DNA of 64,000 nucleotides from Priapulus caudatus (taxonomy: Eukaryota), in NCBI RefSeq assembly GCF_000485595.1, contig NW_014577063.1, forward strand, positions 514,247-578,246. The letters run 5' to 3'. Positions 13,073 to 26,900 of this stretch are shown piece by piece. The translations under genes and the position numbers were made by a program. The notes below the pieces were generated by a model that worked only from the letters and a program-made list of their open reading frames with translations, was not told the origin of the DNA and searched no databases. How positions within the stretch are numbered: position 1 is the first letter of the stretch; every line of letters begins with the position of its first letter.

Positions 13073-14619
13073 TCTGATCCGATTGATAATTGGAGACGTA
13101 GTGCTTACAACATGTAGGAAGTCATAACGCAAAGAGAAAAACTCGTAGGTAAATAAACCGCACGTCATCAGCAATGTGCTGTCGTCAGAAGAATCTACAG
13201 AGACCGATGGGACACTCGATTCGTGATTGAATTTTGCAGTGATATGCATGCAATTCAATGCCGAGGCAGGATTTGTGCTGATTAAAGAAAGCTAGTTTTG
13301 CTAGATGGAGGATGAAAGAGGATATTAGATTCAATTTCAGATTTATTTTTTAAAAGCAGCAGCAACACGTCTCTGTAACATTTACGTCTTGAGGTGTAGG
13401 GCAGATTACATTGCATAACTGCTAAGCTTGGCTGACAAGTAGGCAATTGCAGGCGTTCAGTTCTGTGGCTGTTTTTCTCTCCTTCTCATGGCTTCCTCTG
13501 TGTTCACCAAATTCTAGGCCTAACTCGGTAGCTGTCATCGTTTCCAAGTGCCAATGATCAACTTTTTGCCAGTTTCTTCAAACCACAATTTCCAAAATTC
13601 TTTTACTTCACCCTGCAATTACTAAGCCGTAGTAATATGAGTGTTATCTAGACTGGCGCTACGGATATGTATGAAGAACTGTGCGGTAAAATGCACATCA
13701 GGGACCAGATGCAACTACAGCATGGAACTCTTGGAAAATTTACAACTTGCATGTTTCTTGAAAGTATTACGGAGAAACCAAAATGTAAATAGCTATCAAG
13801 CCTGTTTGTGTTTACTGCTTCACAGATACAGATGTATGGCAAATTCATAATGGGGTATATTCAATATAGTGGTTTTCTATATAAGTGTTTACACAGTCAG
13901 TTTCTTTAGGAAAAGTTCGTTGTGATATGCTGGAAGTTTAACGAGGGTTTTTAATAAAGACTAAACCATGCAAAACAGAGTTATGTACAAATTTTTATTT
14001 AGGAAATGATATGAATAGTTGATGCGATGTTATGTGCAAATATGCTCATACCAATGTAACTATAAGATATGTTATACATCTCACTGGGGCATATAAAATA
14101 TTTGTAATACGTGTAATACAGTACATAAATTTACACTTTTTTACAGTTTATAGGTCTTAGAATATCACCAGTCACGTAGTTTATTATTAATATTAGTTAT
14201 TCACCCCCAAAAGTCCAATAACTAAACTATAAAATTACATTAACATTGTTAGTTAGATCATTGAATAGGATAAGCCAAATACAGACGTCAACCGCTTGCA
14301 GATGACACTCAAATATATACAATAGTTAATTAAAACAAATTCTATAAAACACATATTTCACATTTCTGCATATCTTACTACAAAGGCCATGTATAGCAGG
14401 TCTTCCTCTCTTACACTTTTAAAGGTATGTTTTGAGGTTATATCAAGTGAATTACTGATTAATTTGCAGCCTCCATCTTTGGTGGTATGTTGTATCACTT
14501 GGAATTTCAAACTCACTGCAAGAAACACTCATGCAAACACCTTTCAAAACTTCTCAAGAGGATAAAACTAGGAAATAGTTCTGTAAATATATATATATCT
14601 CTATATTGTAATGTGGTGT

Positions 14620-17126
14620 TCATTCACTGAATGGATTTTTATCATACTTTTTCTCATTTCCTTTATGTAAGTACACAGAAATGGATTTAACGAGGCCAAA
14701 GGTTACACACAGTATAAGCAAGAGTGATGTACAAATTGCAATAATGGGCTTAAACGAGCATTTGTGAAGGAATGATAATTCATTAGAGTTGTCCTCAGGT
14801 TCTACCACGTGACTGGGATCTGAAAATAAATACAATTATTTAGATATAAATCGTAACTCCAGTTACTACGAGCACATTTCAAAGTTTCCGTATAAGATGC
14901 AAGTTCATTGAATATGAATGACATGAAAGCCAATTTCTTTATCACTGCATGATATGGAACGCAATCAACTGCTTCAACCATGTGCTACCACGTAAAACAT
15001 TTTATTATACTAAACTAACTTAAACGTTAAAATAACGACGTTAACCACTGGCTGACTTCACTCACTAGCTAGAAAGATCAAGCTGAAACCTACAATTGCT
15101 AGGGGATTTCGGTGATGGCTGAACGTAGGCAATGTTGCTCGTCACGTTCATAGATGTCAGCACCTGCGCAGGCTTGAGTGATCGGCTGCTATTGCAGTCA
15201 AACTGAAAAGTTGATGTATACAAATTAATGATACATAACATTGACATACCATGCTAAAAATTACACATCGCATCACATGTAAGGTGAGAATTAAGTCCAT
15301 GTATCCTTCAAAGTTCATTTGCTTAACGGGGACGTTTGGGGACAGCAGCAGTTGGAAGTGCTGTTCAGAGGTGATGATTCAGTGACCTGTATGTCACGAT
15401 CAATGTGACGGGATATTTAAACAGCCCTATGTGATGCAAAGATGCTGCCAGGAGCAATGCTTTGTAGAAATGATGTTTCACCAGATCTAATTTACCTGGT
15501 TAATGTTGTGTAACAATGCTGGCTAAATGGTACGTACTTAGTACAACTGTCACTTGCTTTATAGCAAGGTGGGGAGGCACATGAATTGTGCAGTTTTTAC
15601 ATTGAAATGTGAAACTTTGCACTGATGTACTTCGTGAGTTCCTAAAAACATTTTTAATGTGAATTTATTATCCTCTCCAATACTGGTGTAAATCTCAGAG
15701 AAACCTCACACAGTGAAGCGGCATACCTGTTCACAGCCTTCTGTACAGACCACAACTTCGCACATGAACTGTATGTGATGACTGCTGGGCGAGGTGAAAG
15801 CACGGAAATTTGCTCGAAGCTCCTTCATTGATATTCGCTCCAGGCTTGTCAGCATTGCATGACGTACACTGCACCTGACGCACATCGGACAATAGGGATA
15901 AATATTATAATACAGCGACAGAGTTGAGGTCACTTGTACCATCTGCATACTACGAGGAAAAGATGTCTATTACGCAGCTGTGTGGGCATAAATATATTGA
16001 CAAAAAAGCGAGTTGGGAAAATGTTGCAATTAACTTGGTAAAATATATATCATGAAACTTTTTTATGCAACCGCTTTGTGAATTTTGGCAATGTGATCAC
16101 TACTAACTCACCCGACATCATCAATCACTGCAACTGTATTTCCATGCTCATCGCGAACTTGACAGGTTTTTACGGCCAGCTCAAAACCTTTGTGTTCTTC
16201 TAGAATATATCCAATCAGAGTTCATGCAGGATTGAACCACAAGACATGTGCAAAAATTGTATGTTGGTAAGCACATTTTCCAGAATGGAATAGAAGGGAA
16301 TAGTAACACCTGGTAAAAATTAATGGTATATCCAGATGATAAAAACTTTATAGCAGTCTTACAGGTCAAACTATATAAATCCATCAATACTGGGAAATGT
16401 AAGCAAACACATTTTTACATAACATATAAGGCAACATAACTCTGACGAGTATTAACTAATGCTACTTGTCACCGGAGGCTGCATATGGCAAGGGATTTAC
16501 CTAGTGTAAGTGCCAACCGCAAGTAGAGCAGTTCATCTAAAGCTGCAGTTACTACCTTAGCACTATCTGCATTGACAATAGTTAGGACTTCGCTCCAGTC
16601 AATAAGATCGTCCACATCACTGTAATAGAAGACCCATATAGAACGTTATTACGAACAACACTGTCATAATCACGATTAAAATAGCTAATAAAGACGGACT
16701 GTTATCTAGTATGCTCTAGGTTCCTGTGTTTACAAAACTGACGATATACTCTGTGATGTTAATAGCTTGCTTTGCATACAGTATTATCAGGGGTTAACAG
16801 TGACAAATTAAAATTTACACATTTGTCATTATTAACCCTTGGTATTAGGTAATAGCAGTATATGGCATTTAGGCAATTCGTGGCAGATCCATAGCGCAGT
16901 GCCGTGGGTCTAGTTGCTGTGGCTGCCCCCGGAGTTAGCACCAGACCTGGCTTCCCACAGTGAGGATTAATTGTCAATGTGATTCATCAAGACATGAAGG
17001 AAGCACTCAAAGTGAGAGAACTCATTTTACTGTCAGACTGTTAGTATTTCTTTTTTTGCAAAATTAGCCAGCTTTATGCACACACAGACACAGATTCAAT
17101 AACAGTCACAGTGACAGGCAGGCATG

Positions 17127-17182
<56 letters not shown>

Positions 17183-20100
17183 CATGCAGGCAGGCAGACA
17201 GACAGAGAGATGCATGCACGTACGTGAGCATACACACCTATTTTCATGCTTGACAATGCCACTATGTAGTCGGTTTTTGTCGATTCCAGCTACCCGAGGT
17301 CGTAAACTAGGGACATCCTTGCTACTGCTGTCAGCTAGTACGATGTCAACATCTCTATAGAGGCACTGAATGGTAAACAATCTTGCTTCTTTTGTTGTGA
17401 GCTGAGTATGTGGCTGCACAACCACCGACATCGTGTAGGTTTCATCCTGAAGTAAACCATCAAGCAAACTATTTAGCGGAGTGTGCATTCATTTTCACGA
17501 GCAAGTAATCATAGAGGATTACTCCTAATTTTCTACTTATTTCCCTTTATAATCAACAAGTGGGATCACTGGCATGCCAATGATTCTACTGGAAGAGAGC
17601 CTTGATCTATGATCTGCCATAGTGGAAACAAGGACAGAACCAGCAGATGTAACTCATACAGAAATAAATCGATGCCTCATATCAGAAGAGTGGCAATATG
17701 AGCTTAAAAATTGCTGCCACCCATTGTATGTCATAACGTAATTAGCCTGTCAGAGACGTACAAATTAGGAAAATGCATCTATTTTAGTTGTTTCGCTATT
17801 GAAATGTTCAACTTCACTATGCATTGCTGATTTATCTCAGCTCACCCATGTATGTATGCCTGAAATGCAGAGTTGCATTAATCTATACAACAGGTACAAG
17901 AAATTTTCCAAGGGTAACCTTTCTAGTGGTACACTATCAGTGTTTCTCCTGACCAAAAAGGTCTGTGAGGTCGTAAATTGTTTGTTTTTTTGTTTGGGCA
18001 TTTTGAGGTCCTAGCAAACCGCGCACCGCATGTGCTCGCCCAGCTAGGGGGTTCCGGGGGCATGTCACCTGGAAATTTTTTTGAAAAAATGGTGCAATTT
18101 GGTGCATTCTAAGCACTGTTCTATGAAAGAACAGTGATTTTTGTCAGCGAGGCAGTGTTTTGGACAAATTTCTGTGTGGCGGCTGAGAATTTGAGCAAGG
18201 CAGCCCGCGTCGCTCATGTCAATGCAGGGGAAACACTGCACTATTACAGAAGCAGTGCAAATGACCATAACTTACATTTTCCCCAAGCGTCAGCGTATGG
18301 TTGCAATCGCCATACGAGAAGTAGACACTGACATCCTTCCGTGTCTCCTCCCGCAGTAGCAGACGACACGGCTCGTCGTTCTCGCTATGCTGCACATAGA
18401 TGGCGCCGCTGAATACGCCCGACGTGGCAAAGTCTCGTAATTCAACTCGAAGTTCCACGCCATTCAGCTTGCAATTTACTGCAACAGAATGCACAAACGT
18501 CAAGTCGGTCAGGCTCCTCTACACTTTAATCTCATGTCTAAGACGAGTGTTTGAGTCGACTCTCGTTAACCTTTGTTAAAATTCTAGTGTAAAGGTAAAT
18601 TTTCGCCTATCATAGGTACTACTCTATGTCCTACATCTAGGTACATCATAGCTCTTCAGTTTTCTATGATGCTGTGTAATGGCAGACGTACAGAAATGAA
18701 GCCCAAAATTTATCTGTGCATAAAGCCCAAAATTACTGCACATTCACAGAGAGGGTGGGATTATTTATACATTATTTCCAGTTTACAGTTACACCCCCCC
18801 CCCCTACCTACTTTACTAGAGTTCTCACGAATATAATTGTTACCGGAGATCGGGCTTTTCCAGTCACTATTCTGCTCCAGCTCTGCTTCCACAATGATAT
18901 CAGCTGTGCGCTTGTTTCTGTTCCTGTTTCTGTTTCTAGTCCCCCTATTTCGCACAGGAGGAGCTCTCGCGGTTGATTCATCAACAGAGGAACCGGCAAC
19001 GCTGCCGGCTGATCTAATATTGCTTGCTCTGACTAGAGACAGACATGACAAAATACCACATTGACATGCACACTCGTCATCATATTCACTTGGATATCAG
19101 GAACAATTGGAATAATCAATAACAATTAATAATTAATAAATAACAATTAACAGCCTACAACATAAGGTGCACATCTCTGAAATCCTCATTTATGTTGAAA
19201 CCAGATGTGTCACGTCAAAATTGGTACATTCACATGTAAAACAGAGTGCAAGCATGCCAGGCAGTAGCCTAAGCCATGCTGTCAGTAATGTAGATTATAA
19301 AAACACTCGAACACTCGAAACTCTAGCTCATTACTCTTAACAGCATCTTTCCTCAATGTTAGGAGTAGCATATCATCAGGAGTAGATAATAGGGAAGGAG
19401 TGTGACATCAATAAACAAGGAAAATTCGTCATTTACTAGCCTTATAATACCATACGATTACTTGCGTAAACTCAATCCAACTATGAGCTTAAATCGGGAA
19501 CAGTACATTCGCCCAGCAATCGTGCGAAAATCGTTTCCTGTATACAGCCCGCAATCCGGAGATACAGACTAAAACGCTACGACACGATTCTCCATTCTTT
19601 GGCCATCAATCCAAAGCCATGCGCGCTCTATTCAAACAAAAGCAGCTACCTAACGCCGCTATTGCTACTCGGCCGAGGATGGGCTCGCTGGAGATTAGCA
19701 TCGCAACACTCGGCGAGGATAACCTTTGACCCGTCACAGGCATACCGGCGTACAGAAGCACCTCTGCCACATGCCCGCACGCACGCACGCAAGGCCAATC
19801 AGCAGCACTGATTGGGCTCAAGATCCTCCCAGCGAGCCACATTGCCCGCCCGAGTTAGCCAAGCTGTGGTTATGTACGCCTTATTGTTTGACTTAGAGCG
19901 CGCGGCAATGCGCTTTGGATGATGGCCAAAAATGGATAATCTGTCGTACGTTATTAGTCTGTATCTCCGGATGCTTGTGTAAACGACGGAAACGATTTCG
20001 CACGATGCTACGCGAATGCTACTGCTTGTACGATTTGAGCTCAAGTGTGAGTTACGCGTAGTAAATCGTAATACTTTAAGGCTCAGTAAAGACGAATTTT

Positions 20101-20726
20101 CCCCTTGGTTTATTGAGTTCACACTCCTTCCTACTATCTACTCCTGATATCATGTACAACACGCACATTAAGCACGTACAATAAGCACTACCATTAAGTC
20201 ACTAGCATATCACTCGCCCTAGCTTACCTCGACAAGACCTCCTTGTTTGACGTATGAGGGTCATTACTCTGACAGTCACACTTGAAGCTTTCCTGGAATG
20301 TTGTCACAGTCTGTGCTGGACACATCACAGTTGTCAGTGCTCTCAGCACACTCGTTAATATCTGCAAGCATTGCACATGTAGATACTGAACATTAGCGAT
20401 ACGTACAATATTGCTGATGCAAAATATCCATGGAAATTAGATACAACACCAACCAAAGAAAATCAAAAGAGCATGACAACATTGCGCACCAAGATGACGT
20501 ATGTTTAGAATCAATGTCATTACTAGCTAGTTTTGCTATCACACATTTACACATTACTAACAATGCAGTGTGCATGGGAATCACACATTAAATCTTTACT
20601 CCCTCCTTCTCTCCTGGCCCTCTTTCAAAAGAGAGATAGGGAGACTAGAGAGAGATAGAGAGAGAGAGAGTGCGAGAAAGGGGCGTTGGGAGAGCGGTGA
20701 AAGAGAGGAAAGAGAGAGAGAGATGA

Positions 20727-20773
<47 letters not shown>

Positions 20774-20823
20774 GAGAGAGAGAAGAAGAGAAGCAGGAGA
20801 CTGAGAGAGAGAGATGAGATGAC

Positions 20824-20903
<80 letters not shown>

Positions 20904-20937
20904 GGGGGGGGGGGGGGGCGGGGGGGGGGGTGAGAGA

Positions 20938-20968
<31 letters not shown>

Positions 20969-23900
20969 GAGAAGAGACGAGAAGAGAGAGCAGAGAGAGA
21001 GAGAGAGAGAGACGAGAGAGAGAGAGCAGCAGAGAGAGAGAGAGAGAGAGAGGAGAAGAAAAGAGAGAGAGAGAAGGAGAGCAGTGAGAAAGAGAGAGAG
21101 AGAGCGCGAAAGCGAGAGAGAGAGAGAGAGAGCGCGAAAGCGAGAGAGATGTATATCTAGAAGTGGAATCTACTAAAGGGGAGGTACTGTGGAAGTAGGA
21201 AACATATGAACATACATGAACAAGTCTGCTCTCTGCTACATCTAAGATAACTATATACACCATAAAATATAGATGCTGGACACGTTTCACTTATTTTAGT
21301 ACGAACGTAGGTGATTTACTTGACGCACTAAATGAGTGAGCATACACACGTTCATGATTCTAGCGAGGACAGTGTCACTGATACATTACAAAGCATTTGG
21401 CATCAAGCATCAAGGGTAGCAAGATAAAGCCTAGGACACACTGCGCGATTTTCTACGCTGGCCGCTTGCGATCGATAAATACGGTGCCGGGTCCCCGCGC
21501 GGTGTGTCCGGTCTCACGGCAGCGTATTTCGCTCGTGATCTCATACGCCCGGCGCATCGCTTGTATTCAACATGTTGAATATTTCCGCCCGGTTTTTCGA
21601 CCCGGCACCGTATTTATCGATCGGCGGATCGCAAGCAGCCAGCGTAGAAAATCGCACAGTGTGTCCTAGGCTTAAATAAGACTCACCACTGCAGGTGGAC
21701 CTGTTGATGGGCTGGTAACCGTCACGGCAAAGACACAAGAAGCTGCCATCTGCATTCTCACATGATGTGCTCACAGGGTCACAGTCATGCTCAAACTTGA
21801 AGCATTCATTATCATCTGGAAAATAAATCCATACAGCAACGGTGTAAAAAGTTTTATTCACATATATATGTGAAAATATATGTATGATGTCCTCAAACAA
21901 CACTATATATAGTGTTGTTTGAGGAACAAAACACTGAGATATATGCTAATTCACTCAAATACGCATATTCGAGTCGTGCATGTTTTCATTTTATGTCACA
22001 GTTAAAGGTTAGTACTTACCTATAAATACCAGTACTACTACCAGTTTACTCACCTACACAGTCATAGCCAGGTGCAAATTCTAAGTTCACACAGACTGTT
22101 CCTACAGTACAGTTGTTCGTATCACTTCTTGCACACTCATTTATATCTGAAATATTTAAATATAGTCTACTTACAAAAATATCGACGGACAGTCAGCAAG
22201 ATGCAAGTTGTGGTAACCAGTTATTATTATATTAATATGACAGTGTTGTATTGCAATTTTTGTTCTTAGTGAATTATGCCAGCTGTGATTGGAGTTCACA
22301 CAGCAGTAGTACGACAATGTAATATAGTGATGTGATTATAATTAGGTAATATTATGTGGTAATAATATGAGTTAATCACAGGCATGCAGAAGATTACCTG
22401 TTATCTTATAATTTTACCATATCTTATCTAAATGACATGTATCAGTAATCGATAATTGTGGTAGAGTATGGTCTCTTACCACCAGTATTACCATAATAAA
22501 AATGAAATAAACCTTCATAATGTGTATAGTTTGCATGTATGATAATAAGCACCTACCAATACACGTTTCTCCATCTCCCTCATAATAAGGTGTGACACAC
22601 TGACATAAATAGGTTCCGGGTATATTGAAGCAAAATGCTCTTGGTACATCACATGAGTGTGTCTTATCCATACATTCGTCGATATCTACAATATATAAAA
22701 AGGCAACAATATTTTTATTCATAGCGCAGCAGGCACTTACTTAAACAATGCACTGGTGAATGGTTCACCAAAGGGTGAATGAAATTATTTTGGGGTGAAT
22801 GAAACTTACCAAAAACATAAGGAAATTTAGTCGCGGGTAAATGATATTTTGTGATAAAGTCTCGATAGTGTGAATGACACTGAAATAGTTTAAGAAGNNN
22901 NNNNNNNNNNNNNNNNNNNNNNNNNNNNNNNNNNNNNNNNNNNNNNNNNNNNNNNNNNNNNNNNNNNNNNNNNNNNNNNNNNNNNNNNNNNNNNNNNNNN
23001 NNNNNNNNNNNNNNNNNNNNNNNNNNNNNNNNNNNNNNNNNNNNNNNNNNNNNNNNNNNNNNNNNNNNNNNNNNNNNNNNNNNNNNNNNNNNNNNNNNNN
23101 NNNNNNNNNNNNNNNNNNNNNNNNNNNNNNNNNNNNNNNNNNNNNNNNNNNNNNNNNNNNNNNNNNNNNNNNNNNNNNNNNNNNNNNNNNNNNNNNNNNN
23201 NNNNNNNNNNNNNNNNNNNNNTTCATTTGATCACATTTCAGATCCATTCGACAGTGCACAAAGGCAGTGAACCGTGACTGAACAATTAACGTGCTAAATC
23301 ACATCAGGCCAACATCTGTTAATAAACGGAGGTGGCATATCACCACCGGTCTATAATTCTACCATTTCTCTCTTGCTGCAATAGTTTAAGTTATTGTATG
23401 GAATAGTTATTATTGAAAACAAACATTGTAAAAAGAATATGCAGACTTAGTTAAATATCAAAGAACAATGAGATGAATGACCCAAAAATTTACAATATAT
23501 ATCCACACACGCACACGCGCACGCGCACACGCACACGCACACGCACACACGCATACGCACACACGCATGCACGCACACAAGCGTGTACTCACTGTAGTAT
23601 GTAACCTACCATCACATGCATCAATCCCGTTTCCGCTGAATCCTGCTTGGAGACAGTCACATTCGAAGCTCCCTATCGTGTTCCTGCACTTTGCTTGACG
23701 GTGACAGTTATCTTCCCTGGTTAAGCACTCATCGATATCTGCAATGCATCAATGGGTACGAGTGAGACACAGTAGCTGTGTAGCCGTGTAGCATTTAATT
23801 GGCCAAATTGGGTCAATCAACCTAGAAATATCCCAGTTATAAAGCAGAATTTCAGTTAGAAACCATGACATAGCTCATTGGAATGTCTAGACATTACATT

Positions 23901-26900
23901 TTTTACTCAGAATGGTTGACAAGTACAATGTACCTCAACAGCACAAACGGGCCGAAAGAGGTCATCACTGTGCCTTCAGATGGTACACATAACAAAGAAC
24001 AAGGCATCTCATCAGTGCGAGGCCTTAACAGAGCAGGCTTACTGTCGTGTGTTACCTACCACTGCAATCCCTGGCACTGAGTCGGTTCATGCCAGGACCC
24101 TTGCAAGCGCAACTGTAGCTGCCGTCGGTGTTTACGCAGTCAGTGTTCACCCTGTTACAAGCGTCTGTCCTCTCCGCACATTCGGTAATGTCTGAAAGTA
24201 GCATTAAACGTTATGAAAAAGCATTCAAAACTTTGCCGTACTCTCCACCACTATGTAATCATAAACCGCGCTAATACCATCTGTGATCCACCACTCTATA
24301 CACTCTATATTGCCACTATTGCAACAATTGCAGATGATTGCAAGGTACAGCAGCAGCATTCACCTTCAGTGAAAATACCTATAAATTTGTTACTTACCAC
24401 TACAGGTATCTATCCCATTCCCAGTGTAGCCAGCCTTATTACATTCACACTGGAAGCTCCCCTCTGTGTTCCTACACTCGGCAGATGGATGACATGGATC
24501 GCTAGCACATTCGTCGCGATCTAAAGACGATACAGTCATGACAGTAAGTGCTGCGCGTTGCCATATATAATCAGCATTGAATAAACATAACTTATGGATT
24601 CATTTATTTATTTTATTTTATATCCTTCATAATAGCAGCGAGTTCTGATGAGAATGAAATTTATTATCGGATTAAATGTGAAATAAGTATAAACAGTTGC
24701 AAGGATAATCTTTCTTGTGTGCCTATAGATGCAATCCTATACCATGCCTAGATAATTAGTGCTGGAGGTGCAATACATGACTAACCTGTGCATTCGTAGC
24801 CTGGTATTCTGTCCTCCAGGTTCACACACACCTGACCGCTAGAGCACAGTGTGTCATCGTTTAAACATTCATTCACATCTGTAAACCGAATGTAAAGAAC
24901 ACTTTAGTGTTTGAAAATATGAGTGTGCATCGCGACTTTTTGATAAATATGACATGTTGAATCAAAGATGATATAAAAATCTACAAATCAGCATACCAAC
25001 TAATATATTTCAAGCCTGTAAATAGTGAAAAATACTGTGCAATGTAAGTTTCACTAATCACTATATTGATGTTGCCAAGTTGAAGGTTTGTTAGGTAAAA
25101 TATATTTTAAATGAGTAAAGATCAAGAACTTTGTCCATGTTCTCACTACCTACAACTATCAACTTTAAAATTGACCAGAAACAGTAGCTCAAGCTATTGG
25201 CTGTTGACATATTATATTGCATCTGGTAAAACAAGGGAAATCTCACTAGCAAAATTAAAACCTAGGGTTATGTAATATCACATTGAGAAACTGCACCCAC
25301 ACACACACACTCACATTTTTTTGCACAATTCACAAATGCAAACCTCCAAATAAATAAATGCATCTATCTCAATGATTATGGAAGCCTAAATATGAGCAAG
25401 CATACCATTGCAAAGCGTTCCATCGCCTGTCCAGTACGGTTCGATGCAACGGCAGACAAAGGTGCCATGTACGTTGAAGCAGAATGAGCGGTTTCTGTGA
25501 CAGTTGTCCATACCTTCGTCACATTCGTCCATATCTGTGGAACGTTTCGTGGAAAGATGAGTCACCACATTCGAGATTCATAGCGTTCGCCAGTGGATAA
25601 CATCGAACAATTTGTGTATTAAGTCGCTGGCGTGAAAACTGTGTGTAAAGCAATGGGCATGCAGCAAGCTACGAGCATACAATGTAAATGCCGGTGTGGT
25701 GTCGTTGACACACAGCTGACCTAGATGTATAGCATCCAGATAGCATGTGACAGGAGATTAACCATGTAGTTCACTCCTTAAAGCTAAAGAAAGGAGGCAA
25801 GCTAATTCAATCTCCTTCCTGTTATACACTTTGACAAGGTCCATCATCACACATTATTATGATGGTACTCATAATAATTATCCTTGGTAAGGGAAAAGTA
25901 ATTGTATAGTGACAATGGTAATGATTGTTATGATAACACATGTACGACGATGACTCGTACACTGGTCATTAATCCATTTTTCTGAAAACATCGCGTAAGT
26001 ACAAGCAATTTGCATCTGTAACCATAGTAATGTTCACCTTCGCAAACAGTGGGATTTGATCCGAGAAGGAAGCCATTCTGACAGTCACACCTGAAGCTGC
26101 CAGCAGTGTTGACACATACTGTTGAGGTTGGCTCGCAGTTGTCTGCCTCCAGAAGACACTCGTTCCTATCTGAAACAGGTCAGTGACTTGCAAAATATAG
26201 TGTTTGCATGGAAAATTCAATGAAATTTGACATAAAAGCATACAAAAAAAGCACTGCAAGCTAAAAGCATGCAATTAATCTAGGGGTGGTTGTAGTGGTG
26301 GTGGTGGTGGTGGNNNNNNNNNNNNNNNNNNNNNNNNNNNNNNNNNNNNNNNNNNNNNNNNNNNNNNNNNNNNNNNNNNNNNNNNNNNNNNNNNNNNNNN
26401 NNNNNNNNNNNNNNNNNNNNNNNNNNNNNNNNNNNNNNNNNNNNNNNNNNNNNNNNNNNNNNNNNNNNNNNNNNNNNNNNNNNNNNNNNNNNNNNNNNNN
26501 NNNNNNNNNNNNNNNNNNNNNNNNNNNNNNNNNNNNNNNNNNNNNNNNNNNNNNNNNNNNNNNNNNNNNNNNNNNNNNNNGCATGTAAACAATTCCAAGA
26601 CCAATCTTCGTAATTCCGCCCGTTTTTCGGATATATTTCAGTGTATGATTAATGGGAATATTAATGCGTCCATTCATCCACAATACCTTCAGAAAGCTCT
26701 CGGAAGCCGATTTCGTGAGTCATCAACAATTTCCGCGTCAACCACTATCGACATCTGCTTTTAAGGCTAGTTGAAAAACCATAATCGGCTACTACAAAAC
26801 CTTACCTTACTAAGCCTTCGGGTAACATGACATGTCCTATTTTACCCCTGCTAGATACCATAATAAAAGTGACATTGTAACAAACATTATATGACAGCGA

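Noticed and set aside
15300..15390. Extra exon after ZP-C ([16 protein letters not shown]...)
   Set aside because: Hits an in-frame stop with no good donor; 15727->15202 already gives a coherent frame
20625..21290. ORFs rich in SLSL/RERE (also 55336-56685 and 58202-58848)
   Set aside because: Translations of GA/CT microsatellites and N-gaps
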